Positions 15,001 through 29,200 of a stretch of DNA of 64,000 nucleotides are shown in pieces. The notes below the pieces were generated by a model. That model worked only from the letters and a program-made list of their open reading frames with translations, searched no databases and was not told the origin of the DNA. Position 1 is the stretch's first letter. Each line of letters begins with the position of its first letter. Position numbers and translations under genes: made by a program. Source of the DNA: Yuukianura sp. NJ FZ-2021 (lineage: Eukaryota); NCBI GenBank assembly GCA_046563655.1, contig JAJCTO010000009.1, positions 930,001 to 994,000 on the forward strand, read 5' to 3'.

Positions 15001-18000
15001 AAACGACACAGCAAGTGAAAGTGGGTTCCTGTAGCACTTTTTATGAGGATTTCAAAAATGTAATTTACTTTCTGTTCATTCTCACATTTGCATGTTCATT
15101 CTCACAAAATTTAAGTCGTTTTGCGTCAAAATGGTGCTCGACATTACCCTGGGTGCCGTATTCCAACCCAAGATAAAATCTGAGGCAGAGCGGTTCATTC
15201 AGACTTTTAAGTACGCTCTAACCAGATTTAATTGCGATTTATCCACACCAATTAAACTTGGGTTCCTGTAGTACTTTTCAGGAGGTTTTCAGAAAAGTAA
15301 CTCATTTTCACCAGGCATCGCTCCGCGTGGAGTTTTTTTGAATGATTTGTTTTGAAACAAATTTTCATAAAAAAAGTCACGAGATGAGGGACGACACAGC
15401 AAGTGAAAGTGGGTTCCTGTAGCCCTTTTTATGAGGATTTCAAAAATATAGTTGACTTTTATCCAGCATCGTTCTGGAATGCATTTCTTTTGAATTCTTT
15501 TTTCTGAAACATGAATTTTCATAAATACAGGTAACAAGATGAGAAACGAAACAGCAAGTGAAGGTGGGTTCCTGTAGCACTTTTTATGAGGATTTCAAAA
15601 ATGTAATTTACTTTCTGTTCATTCTCACATTTGCATGTTCATTCTCACAAAATTTAAGTCGTTTTGCGTCAAAATGGTGCTCGACATTACCCTGGGTGCC
15701 GTATTCCAACCCAAGATAAAATCTGAGGCAGAGCGGTTCATTCAGACTTTTAAGTACGCTCTAACCAGATTTAATTGCGATTTATCCACACCAATTAAAC
15801 TTGGGTTCCTGTAGTACTTTTCAGGAGGTTTTCAGAAAAGTAACTCATTTTCACCAGGCATCGCTCCGCGTGGAGTTTTTTTGAATGATTTGTTTTGAAA
15901 CAAATTTTCATAAAAAAAAGTCACGAGATGAGGGACGACACAGCAAGTGAAAGTGGGTTCCTGTAGCCCTTTTTATGAGGATTTCAAAAATATAGTTGAC
16001 TTTTATCCAGCATCGTTCTGGAATGCATTTCTTTTGAATTCTTTTTTCTGAAACATGAATTTTCATAAATAAAGGTAACAAGATGAGAAACGACACAGCA
16101 AGTGAAAGTGGGTTCCTGTAGCACTTTTTATGAGGATTTCAAAAATGTAATTTACTTTCTGTTCATTCTCACATTTGCATGTTCATTCTCACAAAATTTA
16201 AGTCGTTTTGCGTCAAAATGGTGCTCGACGTTACCCTGGGTGCCGTATTCCAACCCAAGATAAAATCTGAGGCAGAGCGGTTCATTCAGACTTTTAAGTA
16301 CGCTCTAACCAGATTTAATTGCGATTTATCCACACCAATTAAACTTGGGTTCCTGTAGTACTTTTCAGGAGGTTTTCAGAAAAGTAACTCATTTTCACCA
16401 GGCATCGCTCCGCGTGGAGTTTTTTTGAATGATTTGTTTTGAAACAAATTTTCATAAAAAAAAGTCACGAGATGAGGGACGACACAGCAAGTGAAAGTGG
16501 GTTCCTGTAGCCCTTTTTATGAGGATTTCAAAAATATACTTGACTTTTACCCAGCATCGTTCTGGAATGCATTTCTTTTGAATTCTTTGTTTTGAAACAT
16601 GAATTTTCATAAATAAAGGTTACAAGATGAGAAACGACACAGCAAGTGAAAGTGGGTTCCTGTAGCACTTTTTATGAGGATTTCAAAAATGTAATTTACT
16701 TTCTGTTCATTCTCACATTTGCATGTTCATTCTCACAAAATTTAAGTCGTTTTGCGTCAAAATGGTGCTGGACTTTAAGTCGTTTTGCGTCAAAATGGTG
16801 CTGAATGATTTGTTTTGAAACAAATTTTCATAAAGAAAAGTAACGAGATGAGGGACGACACAGCAAGTGAAAGTGGGTTCCTGTAGCACTATTTATGAGG
16901 ATTTCAAAAATGTAATTTACTTTCTGTTCATTCTCACATTTGCATGTTCATTCTCACAAATTTAAGTCGTTTTGCGTCAAAATGGTGCTCGACATTACCC
17001 TGGGTGCCGTATTCCAACCCAAGATAAAATCTGAGGCAGAGCGGTTCATTCAGACTTTTAAGTACGCTCTAACCAGATTTAATTGCGATCTATCCACGCC
17101 AATTAAACTTGGGTTCCTGTAGTACTTTTCAGGAGGATTTCAGAAAAGTAACTCATTTTCACACGGCATCGCTCCGCGTGGATGTTTTTCTAATAATTTG
17201 TTTTGAAACAAATTTTCATAAAAAAAAAGTCACGAGATGAGGGACGACACAGCAAGTGAAAGTGGGTTCCTGTAGCCCTTTTTATGAGGATTTCAAAAAT
17301 ATAGTTGACTTTTATCCAGCATCGTTCTGGAATGCATTTCTTTTGAATTCTTTTTTCTGAAACATGAATTTTCATAAATAAAGGTAACAAGATGAGAAAC
17401 GACACAGCAAGTGAAAGTGGGTTCCTGTAGCACTTTTTATGAGGATTTCAAAAATGTAATTTACTTTCTGTTCATTCTCACATTTGCATGTTCATTCTCA
17501 CAAAATTTAAGTCGTTTTGCGTCAAAATGGTGCTCGACGTTACCCTGGGTGCCGTATTCCAACCCAAGATAAAATCTGAGGCAGAGCGGTTCATTCAGAC
17601 TTTTAAGTACGCTCTAACCAGATTTAATTGCGATTTATCCACACCAATTAAACTTGGGTTCCTGTAGTACTTTTCAGGAGGTTTTCAGAAAAGTAACTCA
17701 TTTTCACCAGGCATCGCTCCGCGTGGAGTTTTTTTGAATGATTTGTTTTGAAACAAATTTTCATAAAAAAAAGTCACGAGATGAGGGACGACACAGCAAG
17801 TGAAAGTGGGTTCCTGTAGCCCTTTTTATGAGGATTTCAAAAATATACTTGACTTTTACCCAGCATCGTTCTGGAATGCATTTCTTTTGAATTCTTTGTT
17901 TTGAAACATGAATTTTCATAAATAAAGGTAACAAGATGAGAAACGACACAGCAAGTGAAAGTGGGTTCCTGTAGCACTTTTTATGAGGATTTCAAAAATG

Positions 18001-19967
18001 TAATTTACTTTCTGTTCATTCTCACATTTGCATGTTCATTCTCACAAAATTTAAGTCGTTTTGCGTCAAAATGGTGCTCGACGTTACCCTGGGTGCCGTA
18101 TTCCAACCCAAGATAAAATCTGAGGCAGAGCGGTTCATTCAGACTTTTAAGTACGCTCTAACCAGATTTAATTGCGATTTATCCACACCAATTAAACTTG
18201 GGTTCCTGTAGTACTTTTCAGGAGGTTTTCAGAAAAGTAACTCATTTTCACCCGGCATCGCTCCGCGTGGAGTTTTTTTGAATGATTTGTTTTGATACAA
18301 ATTTTCATAAAAAAAAGTCACGAGATGAGGGACGACACAGCAAGTGAAAGTGGGTTCCTGTAGCCCTTTTTATGAGGATTTCAAAAATATAGTTGACTTT
18401 TATCCAGCATCGTTCTGGAATGCATTTCTTTTGAATTCTTTTTTCTGAAACATGAATTTTCATAAATAAAGGTAACAAGATGAGAAACGACACAGCAAGT
18501 GAAAGTGGGTTCCTGTAGCACTTTTTATGAGGATTTCAAAAATGTAATTTACTTTCTGTTCATTCTCACATTTGCATGTTCATTCTCACAAAATTTAAGT
18601 CGTTTTGCGTCAAAATGGTGCTCGACATTACCCTGGGTGCCGTATTCCAACCCAAGATAAAATCTGAGGCAGAGCGGTTCATTCAGACTTTTAAGTACGC
18701 TCTAACCAGATTTAATTGCGATTTATCCACACCAATTAAACTTGGGTTCCTGTAGTACTTTTCAGGAGGTTTTCAGAAAAGTAACTCATTTTCACCCGGC
18801 ATCGCTCCGCGTGGAGTTTTTTTGAATGATTTGTTTTGAAACAAATTTTCATAAAAAAAAGTCACGAGATGAGGGACGACACAGCAAGTGAAAGTGGGTT
18901 CCTGTAGCCCTTTTTATGAGGATTTCAAAAATATACTTGACTTTTACCCAGCATCGTTCTGGAATGCATTTCTTTTGAATTCTTTGTTTTGAAACATGAA
19001 TTTTCATAAATAAAGGTAACAAGATGAGAAACGACACAGCAAGTGAAAGTGGGTTCCTGTAGCACTTTTTATGAGGATTTCAAAAATGTAATTTACTTTC
19101 TGTTCATTCTCACATTTGCATGTTCATTCTCACAAAATTTAAGTCGTTTTGCGTCAAAATGGTGCTCGACGTTACCCTGGGTGCCGTATTCCAACCCAAG
19201 ATAAAATCTGAGGCAGAGCGGTTCATTCAGACTTTTAAGTACGCTCTAACCAGATTTAATTGCGATTTATCCACACCAATTAAACTTGGGTTCCTGTAGT
19301 ACTTTTCAGGAGGTTTTCAGAAAAGTAACTCATTTTCACCCGGCATCGCTCCGCGTGGAGTTTTTTTGAATGATTTGTTTTGAAACAAATTTTCATAAAA
19401 CAAAGTCACGAGATGAGGGACGACACAGCAAGTGAAAGTGGGTTCCTGTAGCCCTTTTTATGAGGATTTCAAAAATATACTTGACTTTTACCCAGCATCG
19501 TTCTGGAATGCATTTCTTTTGAATTCTTTGTTTTGAAACATGAATTTTCATAAATAAAGGTAACAAGATGAGAAACGACACAGCAAGTGAAAGTGGGTTC
19601 CTGTAGCACTTTTTATGAGGATTTCAAAAATGTAATTTACTTTCTGTTCATTCTCACATTTGCATGTTCATTCTCACAAATTTAAGTCGTTTTGCGTCAA
19701 AATGGTGCTCGACATTGCCCTGGGTGCCGTATTCCAACCCGAGATAAAATCCGAGGTAGAGCGGTTCATTCAGACTTTTAAGTACGCTCTAACCAGATTT
19801 AATTGCGATTTATCCACACCAATTAAACTTGGGTTCCTGTAGTACTTTTCAGAAGGATTTCAGAAAAGTAACTCCTCTTCACCCGGCATCGCTCCGCGTG
19901 GAGGTTTTTTGAATGATTTGTTTTGAAACAAATTTTTATAAAACAAAGTCACGAGATGAGGGACGAC

Positions 19968-20302
19968 TGTTGGCGTCTGCTAGCACTTTTTAGGCTAGGA
20001 TTTCAAAGATGAGCCGCGGGAGTTTTGAGATGTGGCGAGGTTCATTCTCACAAAATTTAGTTAGTCGGTTTTTGCGTCTCTGAGGCAGACGGAGGTTTGT
20101 TGTATAGACTTTGTTTGTGACGAATAAACATATTTAATATATTTATCCACACCGATGTAGTTGGGTTCCTGTGGTACTTGTTTGGAGGTCATTTGGGTCT
20201 GAGAAGTAACTCATTTTCAGAGAGTAGTCTGGTGCGGAGCGGCAGTTTTTTTGAATGATTTGTTTTCAAATTTTCATAGCGTCACGAGATGAGGGCGTTA
20301 CA
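19968..20302. other. Mosaic of solo-LTR and satellite sequence (probable consensus artefact of the 22870 solo LTR)
   Basis: Same TGTTGGCGTC...GGGCGTTACA ends and CGAC flanks as 22870-23207, but the interior alternates LTR and satellite patches. Confidence 0.8.
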
Positions 20303-22869
20303 CGACACAGCAAGTGAAAGTGGGTTGCTGTAGCCCTTTTTATGAGGATTTCAAAAATATACTTGACTTTTACCCAGCATCGTTCTGGAATGCATTTCTT
20401 TTGAATTCTTTGTTTTGAAACATGAATTTTCATAAATAAAGGTAACAAGATGAGAAACGACACAGCAAGTGAAAGTGGGTTCCTGTAGCACTTTTTATGA
20501 GGATTTCAAAAATGTAATTTACTTTCCTGTTCATTCTCACATTTGCATGTTCATTCTCACAAATTTAAGTCGTTTTGCGTCAAAATGGTGCTCGACATTG
20601 CCCTGGGTGCCATGTACCAACCCAAGATAATATTCGAGACAGAGCGGTTCATTCAGACTTTTAAGTACGCTCTAACCAGATTTAATTGCGATTTATCCAC
20701 ACCAATTAAACTTGGGTTCCTGTAGTACTTTTCAGGATGTTTTCAGAAAAGTAACTCATTTTCACCCGGCATCGCTCCGTGTGGAGTTTTTTTGAATGAT
20801 TTGTTTTGAAACAAATTTTCATAAAAAATAGTCACGAGATGAGGGACGACACAGCAAGTGAAAGTGGGTTCCTGTAGCACTTTTTATGAGGATTTCAAAA
20901 ATGTAATTTACTTTAGGTTCATTCTCACATTTGCATGTTCATTCTCACAAATTTAAGTCGTTTTGCGTCAAAATGGTGCTCGACATTACCCTGGGTGCCG
21001 TATTCCAACCCAAGATAAAATCTGAGGCAGAGCGGTTCATTCAGACTTTTAAGTACGCTCTAACCAGATTTAATTGCGATCTATCCACGCCAATTAAACT
21101 TGTGTTCCTGTATTACTTTTCAGGAGGATTTCAGAAAAGTAACTCCTTTTCACACGGCATCGCTCCGCGTGGAGGTTTTTTGAATGATTTGTTTTGAAAC
21201 AAATTTTCATAAAACAAAGTCACGAGATGAGGGACGACACAGCAAGTGAAAGTGGGTTCCTGTAGCCCTTTTTATGAGGATTTCAAAAATATACTTGACT
21301 TTTACCCAGCATCGTTCTGGAATGCATTTCTTTTGAATTCTTTGTTTTGAAACATGAATTTTCATAAATAAAGGTAACAAGATGAGAAACGACACAGCAA
21401 GTGAAAGTGGGTTCCTGTAGCACTTTTTATGAGGATTTCAAAAATGTAATTTACTTTCTGTTCATTCTCACATTTGCATGTTCATTCTCACAAAATTTAA
21501 GTCGTTTTGCGTCAAAATGGTGCTCGACGTTACCCTGGGTGCCGTATTCCAACCCAAGATAAAATCTGAGGCAGAGCGGTTCATTCAGACTTTTAAGTAC
21601 GCTCTAACCAGATTTAATTGCGATTTATCCACACCAATTAAACTTGGGTTCCTGTAGTACTTTTCAGGAGGTTTTCAGAAAAGTAAGTCATTTTCACCAG
21701 GCATCGCTCCGCGTGGAGTTTTTTTGAATGATTTGTTTTGAAACAAATTTTCATTAAAAAAAGTCACGAGATGAGGGACGACACAGCAAGTGAAAGTGGG
21801 TTCCTGTAGCCCTTTTTATGAGGATTTCAAAAATATACTTGACTTTTACCCAGCATCGTTCTGGAATGCATTTCTTTTGAATTCTTTGTTTTGAAACATG
21901 AATTTTCATAAATAAAGGTAACAAGATGAGAAACGACACAGCAAGTGAAAGTGGGTTCCTGTAGCACTTTTTATGAGGATTTCAAAAATGTAATTTACTT
22001 TCTGTTCATTCTCACATTTGCATGTTCATTCTCACAAAATTTAAGTCGTTTTGCGTCAAAATGGTGCTCGACATTACCCTGGGTGCCGTATTCCAACCCA
22101 AGATAAAATCTGAGGCAGAGCGGTTCATTCAGACTTTTAAGTACGCTCTAACCAGATTTAATTGCGATCTATCCACGGCAATTAAACTTGTGTTCCTGTA
22201 GTACTTTTCAGGAGGATTTCAGAAAAGTAACTCCTTTTCACCCGGCATCACTCCGCGTGGAGGTTTTTTGAATGATTTGTTTTGAAACAAATTTTCATAA
22301 AAAAAAGTCACGAGATGAGGGACGACACAGCAAGTGAAAGTGGGTTCCTGTAGCCCTTTTTATGAGGATTTCAAAAATATAGTTGACTTTTATCCAGCAT
22401 CGTTCTGGAATGCATTTCTTTTGAATTCTTTTTTCTGAAACATGAATTTTCATAAATAAAGGTAACAAGATGAGAAACGACACAGCAAGTGAAAGTGGGT
22501 TCCTGTAGCACTTTTTATGAGGATTTCAAAAATGTAATTTACTTTCTGTTCATTCTCACATTTGCATGTTCATTCTCACAAATTTAAGTTGTTTTGCGTC
22601 AAAATGGTGCTCGACATTACCCTGGGTGCCGTATTCCAACCCAAGATAAAATCTGAGGCAGAGCGGTTCATTCAGACTTTTAAGTACGCTCTAACCAGAT
22701 TTAATTGCGATCTATCCACGCCAATTAAACTTGTGTTCCTGTAGTACTTTTCAGGAGGATTTCAGAAAAGTAACTCCTCTTCACCCGGCATCGCTCCGCG
22801 TGGAGGTTTTTTGAATGATTTGTTTTGAAACAAATTTTTATAAAACAAAGTCACGAGATGAGGGACGAC

Positions 22870-23207
22870 TGTTGGCGTCTGCTACTCCGGGGATTAGTTA
22901 GGCTAGGATGCGGAGATGAGCCGCGGGAGTTTTGAGATGTGGCGAGGTAGAGAGAGAGAGAGATTCAGTTTAGGTTTTAGTTAGTCGGTTTTTGGTCTCT
23001 GCGTGAGACGGAGGTTTGTTGTATATATTTTGTTTGTGACGAATAAATATATTTTATATATTTATTCGCCGATGTAGTTGTGAGCAGTGGTGATTGTTTG
23101 GGGTCATTTGGGTCTGAGAGTCTGCGGACTCAGAGAGTAGTCTGGTGCGGAGCGGCAGTGTTTGCTCCAGTTGTGCTTTCAGTTGTTTAGCGTCGTAGGG
23201 CGTTACA
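22870..23207. mobile_element. Solo LTR (338 bp) inserted in a satellite monomer
   Basis: TG...CA termini, 4-bp target duplication CGAC (22866-22869 and 23208-23211), internal AATAAA, no coding region. The uninterrupted monomer reads GAGGGACGACACAGC. Confidence 0.85.
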
Positions 23208-26200
23208 CGACACAGCAAGTGAAAGTGGGTTGCTGTAGCCCTTTTTATGAGGATTTCAAAAATATACTTGACTTTTACCCAGCATCGTTCTGGAATGCAT
23301 TTCTTTTGAATTCTTTGTTTTGAAACATGAATTTTCATAAATAAAGGTAACAAGATGAGAAACGACACAGCAAGTGAAAGTGGGTTCCTGTAGCACTTTT
23401 TATGAGGATTTCAAAAATGTAATTTACTTCCTGTTCATTCTCACATTTGCATGTTCATTCTCACAAATTTAAGTCGTTTTGCGTCAAAATGGTGCTCGAC
23501 ATTGCCCTGGGTGCCATGTACCAACCCAAGATAATATTCGAGACAGAGCGGTTCATTCAGACTTTTAAGTACGCTCTAACCAGATTTAATTGCGATTTAT
23601 CCACACCAATTAAACTTGGGTTCCTGTAGTACTTTTCAGGATGTTTTCAGAAAAGTAACTCATTTTCACCCGGCATCGCTCCGCGTGGAGTTTTTTTGAA
23701 TGATTTGTTTTGAAACAAATTTTCATAAAAAAAGTCACGAGATGAGGGACGACACAGCAAGTGAAAGTGGGTTCCTGTAGCACTTTTTATGAGGATTTCA
23801 AAAATGTAATTTACTTTCGGTTCATTCTCACATTTGCATGTTCATTCTCACAAATTTAAGTCGTTTTGCGTCAAAATGGTGCTCGACATTACCCTGGGTG
23901 CCGTATTCCAACCCAAGATAAAATCTGAGGCAGAGCGGTTCATTCAGACTTTTAAGTACGCTCTAACCAGATTTAATTGCGATCTATCCACGCCAATTAA
24001 ACTTGTGTTCCTGTATTACTTTTCAGGAGGATTTCAGAAAAGTAACTCCTTTTCACACGGCATCGCTCCGCGTGGAGGTTTTTTGAATGATTTGTTTTGA
24101 AACAAATTTTCATAAAACAAAGTCACGAGATGAGGGACGACACAGCAAGTGAAAGTGGGTTCCTGTAGCCCTTTTTATGAGGATTTCAAAAATATAGTTG
24201 ACTTTTATCCAGCATCGTTCTGGAATGCATTTCTTTTGAATTCTTTTTTCTGAAACATGAATTTTCATAAATAAAGGGAACAAGATGAGAAACGACACAG
24301 CAAGTGAAAGTGGGTTCCTGTAGCACTTTTTATGAGGATTTCAAAAATGTAATTTACTTTCTGTTCATTCTCACATTTGCATGTTCATTCTCACAAAATT
24401 TAAGTCGTTTTGCGTCAAAATGGTGCTCGACGTTACCCTGGGTGCCGTATTCCAACCCAAGATAAAATCTGAGGCAGAGCGGTTCATTCAGACTTTTAAG
24501 TACGCTCTAACCAGATTTAATTGCGATTTATCCACACCAATTAAACTTGGGTTCCTGTAGTACTTTTCAGGAGGTTTTCAGAAAAGTAAGTCATTTTCAC
24601 CAGGCATCGCTCCGCGTGGAGTTTTTTTGAATGATTTGTTTTGAAACAAATTTTCATTAAAAAAAGTCACGAGATGAGGGACGACACAGCAAGTGAAAGT
24701 GGGTTCCTGTAGCCCTTTTTATGAGGATTTCAAAAATATACTTGACTTTTACCCAGCATCGTTCTGGAATGCATTTCTTTTGAATTCTTTGTTTTGAAAC
24801 ATGAATTTTCATAAATAAAGGTAACAAGATGAGAAACGACACAGCAAGTGAAAGTGGGTTCCTGTAGCACTTTTTATGAGGATTTCAAAAATGTAATTTA
24901 CTTCCTGTTCATTCTCACATTTGCATGTTCATTCTCACAAATTTAAGTCGTTTTGCGTCAAAATGGTGCTCGACATTGCCCTGGGTGCCGTATTCCAACC
25001 CAAGATAAAATCTGAGGCAGAGCGGTTCATTCAGACTTTTAAGTACGCTCTAACCAGATTTAATTGCGATCTATCCACGGCAATTAAACTTGTGTTCCTG
25101 TAGTACTTTTCAGGAGGATTTCAGAAAAGTAACTCATTTTCACCCGGCATCGCTCCGTGTGGAGTTTTTTTGAATGATTTGTTTTGAAACAAATTTTCAT
25201 AAAAAATAGTCACGAGATGAGGGACGACACAGCAAGTGAAAGTGGGTTCCTGTAGCACTTTTTATGAGGATTTCAAAAATGTAATTTACTTTCGGTTCAT
25301 TCTCACATTTGCATGTTCATTCTCACAAATTTAAGTCGTTTTGCGTCAAAATGGTGCTCGACATTACCCTGGGTGCCGTATTCCAACCCAAGATAAAATC
25401 TGAGGCAGAGCGGTTCATTCAGACTTTTAAGTACGCTCTAACCAGATTTAATTGCGATCTATCCACGCCAATTAAACTTGTGTTCCTGTATTACTTTTCA
25501 GGAGGATTTCAGAAAAGTAACTCCTTTTCACACGGCATCGCTCCGCGTGGAGGTTTTTTGAATGATTTGTTTTGAAACAAATTTTCATAAAACAAAGTCA
25601 CGAGATGAGGGACGACACAGCAAGTGAAAGTGGGTTCCTGTAGCCCTTTTTATGAGGATTTCAAAAATATAGTTGACTTTTATCCAGCATCGTTCTGGAA
25701 TGCATTTCTTTTGAATTCTTTTTTCTGAAACATGAATTTTCATAAATAAAGGGAACAAGATGAGAAACGACACAGCAAGTGAAAGTGGGTTCCTGTAGCA
25801 CTTTTTATGAGGATTTCAAAAATGTAATTTACTTTCTGTTCATTCTCACATTTGCATGTTCATTCTCACAAAATTTAAGTCGTTTTGCGTCAAAATGGTG
25901 CTCGACGTTACCCTGGGTGCCGTATTCCAACCCAAGATAAAATCTGAGGCAGAGCGGTTCATTCAGACTTTTAAGTACGCTCTAACCAGATTTAATTGCG
26001 ATTTATCCACACCAATTAAACTTGGGTTCCTGTAGTACTTTTCAGGAGGTTTTCAGAAAAGTAAGTCATTTTCACCAGGCATCGCTCCGCGTGGAGTTTT
26101 TTTGAATGATTTGTTTTGAAACAAATTTTCATAAAAAATAGTCACGAGATGAGGGACGACACAGCAAGTGAAAGTGGGTTCCTGTAGCCCTTTTTATGAG

Positions 26201-29200
26201 GATTTCAAAAATATACTTGACTTTTACCCAGCATCGTTCAGGAATGCATTTCTTTTGAATTCTTTGTTTTGAAACATGAATTTTCATAAATAAAGGTAAC
26301 AAGATGAGAAACGACACAGCAAGTGAAAGTGGGTTCCTGTAGCACTTTTTATGAGGATTTCAAAAATGTAATTTACTTTCTGTTCATTCTCACATTTGCA
26401 TGTTCATTCTCACAAAATTTAAGTCGTTTTGCGTCAAAATGGTGCTCGACGTTACCCTGGGTGCCGTATTCCAACCCAAGATAAAATCTGAGGCAGAGCG
26501 GTTCATTCAGACTTTTAAGTACGCTCTAACCAGATTTAATTGCGATTTATCCACACCAATTAAACTTGGGTTCCTGTAGTACTTTTCAGGAGGTTTTCAG
26601 AAAAGTAACTCATTTTCACCCGGCATCGCTCCGCGTGGAGTTTTTTTGAATGATTTGTTTTGATACAAATTTTCATAAAAAAAGTCACGAGATGAGGGAC
26701 GACACAGCAAGTGAAAGTGGGTTCCTGTAGCCCTTTTTATGAGGATTTCAAAAATATAGTTGACTTTTATCCAGCATCGTTCTGGAATGCATTTCTTTTG
26801 AATTCTTTTTTCTGAAACATGAATTTTCATAAATAAAGGTAACAAGATGAGAAACGACACAGCAAGTGACAGAGGGTTCCTGTAGCACTTTTTATGAGGA
26901 TTTCAAAAATGTAATTTACTTTCTGTTCATTCTCACATTTGCATGTTCATTCTCACAAATTTAAGTTGTTTTGCGTCAAAATGGTGCTCGACATTACCCT
27001 GGGTGCCGTATTCCAACCCAAGATAAAATCTGAGGCAGAGCGGTTCATTCAGACTTTTAAGTACGCTCTAACCAGATTTAATTGCGATCTATCCACGCCA
27101 ATTAAACTTGTGTTCCTGTATTACTTTTCAGGAGGATTTCAGAAAAGTAACTCCTTTTCACACGGCATCGCTCCGCGTGGAGGTTTTTTGAATGATTTGT
27201 TTTGAAACAAATTTTCATAAAACAAAGTCACGAGATGAGGGACGACACAGCAAGTGAAAGTGGGTTCCTGTAGCCCTTTTTATGAGGATTTCAAAAATAT
27301 AGTTGACTTTTATCCAGCATCGTTCTGGAATGCATTTCTTTTGAATTCTTTGTTTTGAAACATGAATTTTCATAAATAAAGGTAACAAGATGAGAAACGA
27401 CACAGCAAGTGAAAGTGGGTTCCTGTAGCACTTTTTATGAGGATTTCAAAAATGTAATTTACTTTCTGTTCATTCTCACATTTGCATGTTCATTCTCACA
27501 AAATTTAAGTCGTTTTGCGTCAAAATGGTGCTCGACGTTACCCTGGGTGCCGTATTCCAACCCAAGATAAAATCTGAGGCAGAGCGGTTCATTCAGACTT
27601 TTAAGTACGCTCTAACCAGATTTAATTGCGATTTATCCACACCAATTAAACTTGGGTTCCTGTAGTACTTTTCAGGAGGTTTTCAGAAAAGTAACTCATT
27701 TTCACCAGGCATCGCTCCGCGTGGAGTTTTTTTGAATGATTTGTTTTGAAACAAATTTTCATAAAAAAAGTCACGAGATGAGGGACGACACAGCAAGTGA
27801 AAGTGGGTTCCTGTAGCCCTTTTTATGAGGATTTCAAAAATATACTTGACTTTTACCCAGCATCGTTCAGGAATGCACTTCTTTTGAATTCTTTGTTCTG
27901 AAACATGAATTTTCATAAATAAAGGTAACAAGATGAGAAACGACACAGCAAGTGAAAGTGGGTTCCTGTAGCACTTTTTATGAGGATTTCAAAAATGTAA
28001 TTTACTTTCTGTTCATTCTCACAAATTTAAGTCGTTTTGCGTCAAAATGGTGCTCGACATTGCCCTGGGTGCCATATACCAACACCAGATAATATTCGAG
28101 ACAGAGCGGTCCATTCAGACTTTTAAGTACGCTCTAACCAGATTTAATTGCAATTTATCCACACCAATTAAACTTGGGTTCCTGTAGTACTTTTCAGAAG
28201 GATTTCAGAAAAGTAACTCCTTTTCACCCGGCATCGCTCCGCGTGGAGGTTTTTTGAATGATTTGTCTTGAAACAAATTTTCATAAAAAAAAGTCACGAG
28301 ATGAGGGACGACACAGCAAGTGAAAGTGGGTTCCTGTAGCCCTTTTTATGAGGATTTCAAAAATATAGTTGACTCTTATCCAGCATCGTTCCGGAATGCA
28401 CTTCTTTTGAATTCTTTGTTCTGAAACATGAATTTTCATAAATAAAGGTAACAAGATGAGAAACGACACAGCAAGTGAAAGTGGGTTCCTGTAGCACTTT
28501 TTATGAGGATTTCAAAAATGTAATTTACTTTCTGTTCATTCTCACAAATTTAAGTCGTTTTGCGTCAAAATGGTGCTCGACATTGCCCTGGGTGCCATAT
28601 ACCAACACCAGATAATATTCGAGACAGAGCGGTCCATTCAGACTTTTAAGTACGCTCTAACCAGATTTAATTGCAATTTATCCACACCAATTAAACTTGG
28701 GTTCCTGTAGTACTTTTCAGAAGGATTTCAGAAAAGTAACTCCTTTTCACCCGGCATCGCTCCGCGTGGAGGTTTTTTGAATGATTTGTCTTGAAACAAA
28801 TTTTCATAAAAAAAAGTCACGAGATGAGGGACGACACAGCAAGTGAAAGTGGGTTCCTGTAGCCCCTTTTATGAGGATTTCAAAAATATAGTTGACTCTT
28901 ATCCAGCATCGTTCCGGAATGCACTTCTTTTGAATTCTTTGTTCTGAAACATGAATTTTCATAAATAAAGGTAACAAGATGAGAAACGACACAGCAAGTG
29001 AAAGTGGGTTCCTGTAGCACTTTTTATGAGGATTTCAAAAATGTAATTTACTTTCTGTTCATTCTCACATTTGCATGTTCATTCTCACAAATTTAAGTCG
29101 TTTTGCGTCAAAATGGTGCTCGACATTGCCCTGGGTGCCATATACCAACACCAGATAATATTCGAGACAGAGCGGTCCATTCAGACTTTTAAGTACGCTC

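Noticed and set aside
201..28992. Repeated minus-strand 61-104 aa ORFs (MSFLILLPLF...) as a gene array
   Set aside because: Non-ATG start, length varies with homopolymer runs, no domain. They are by-products of the satellite.
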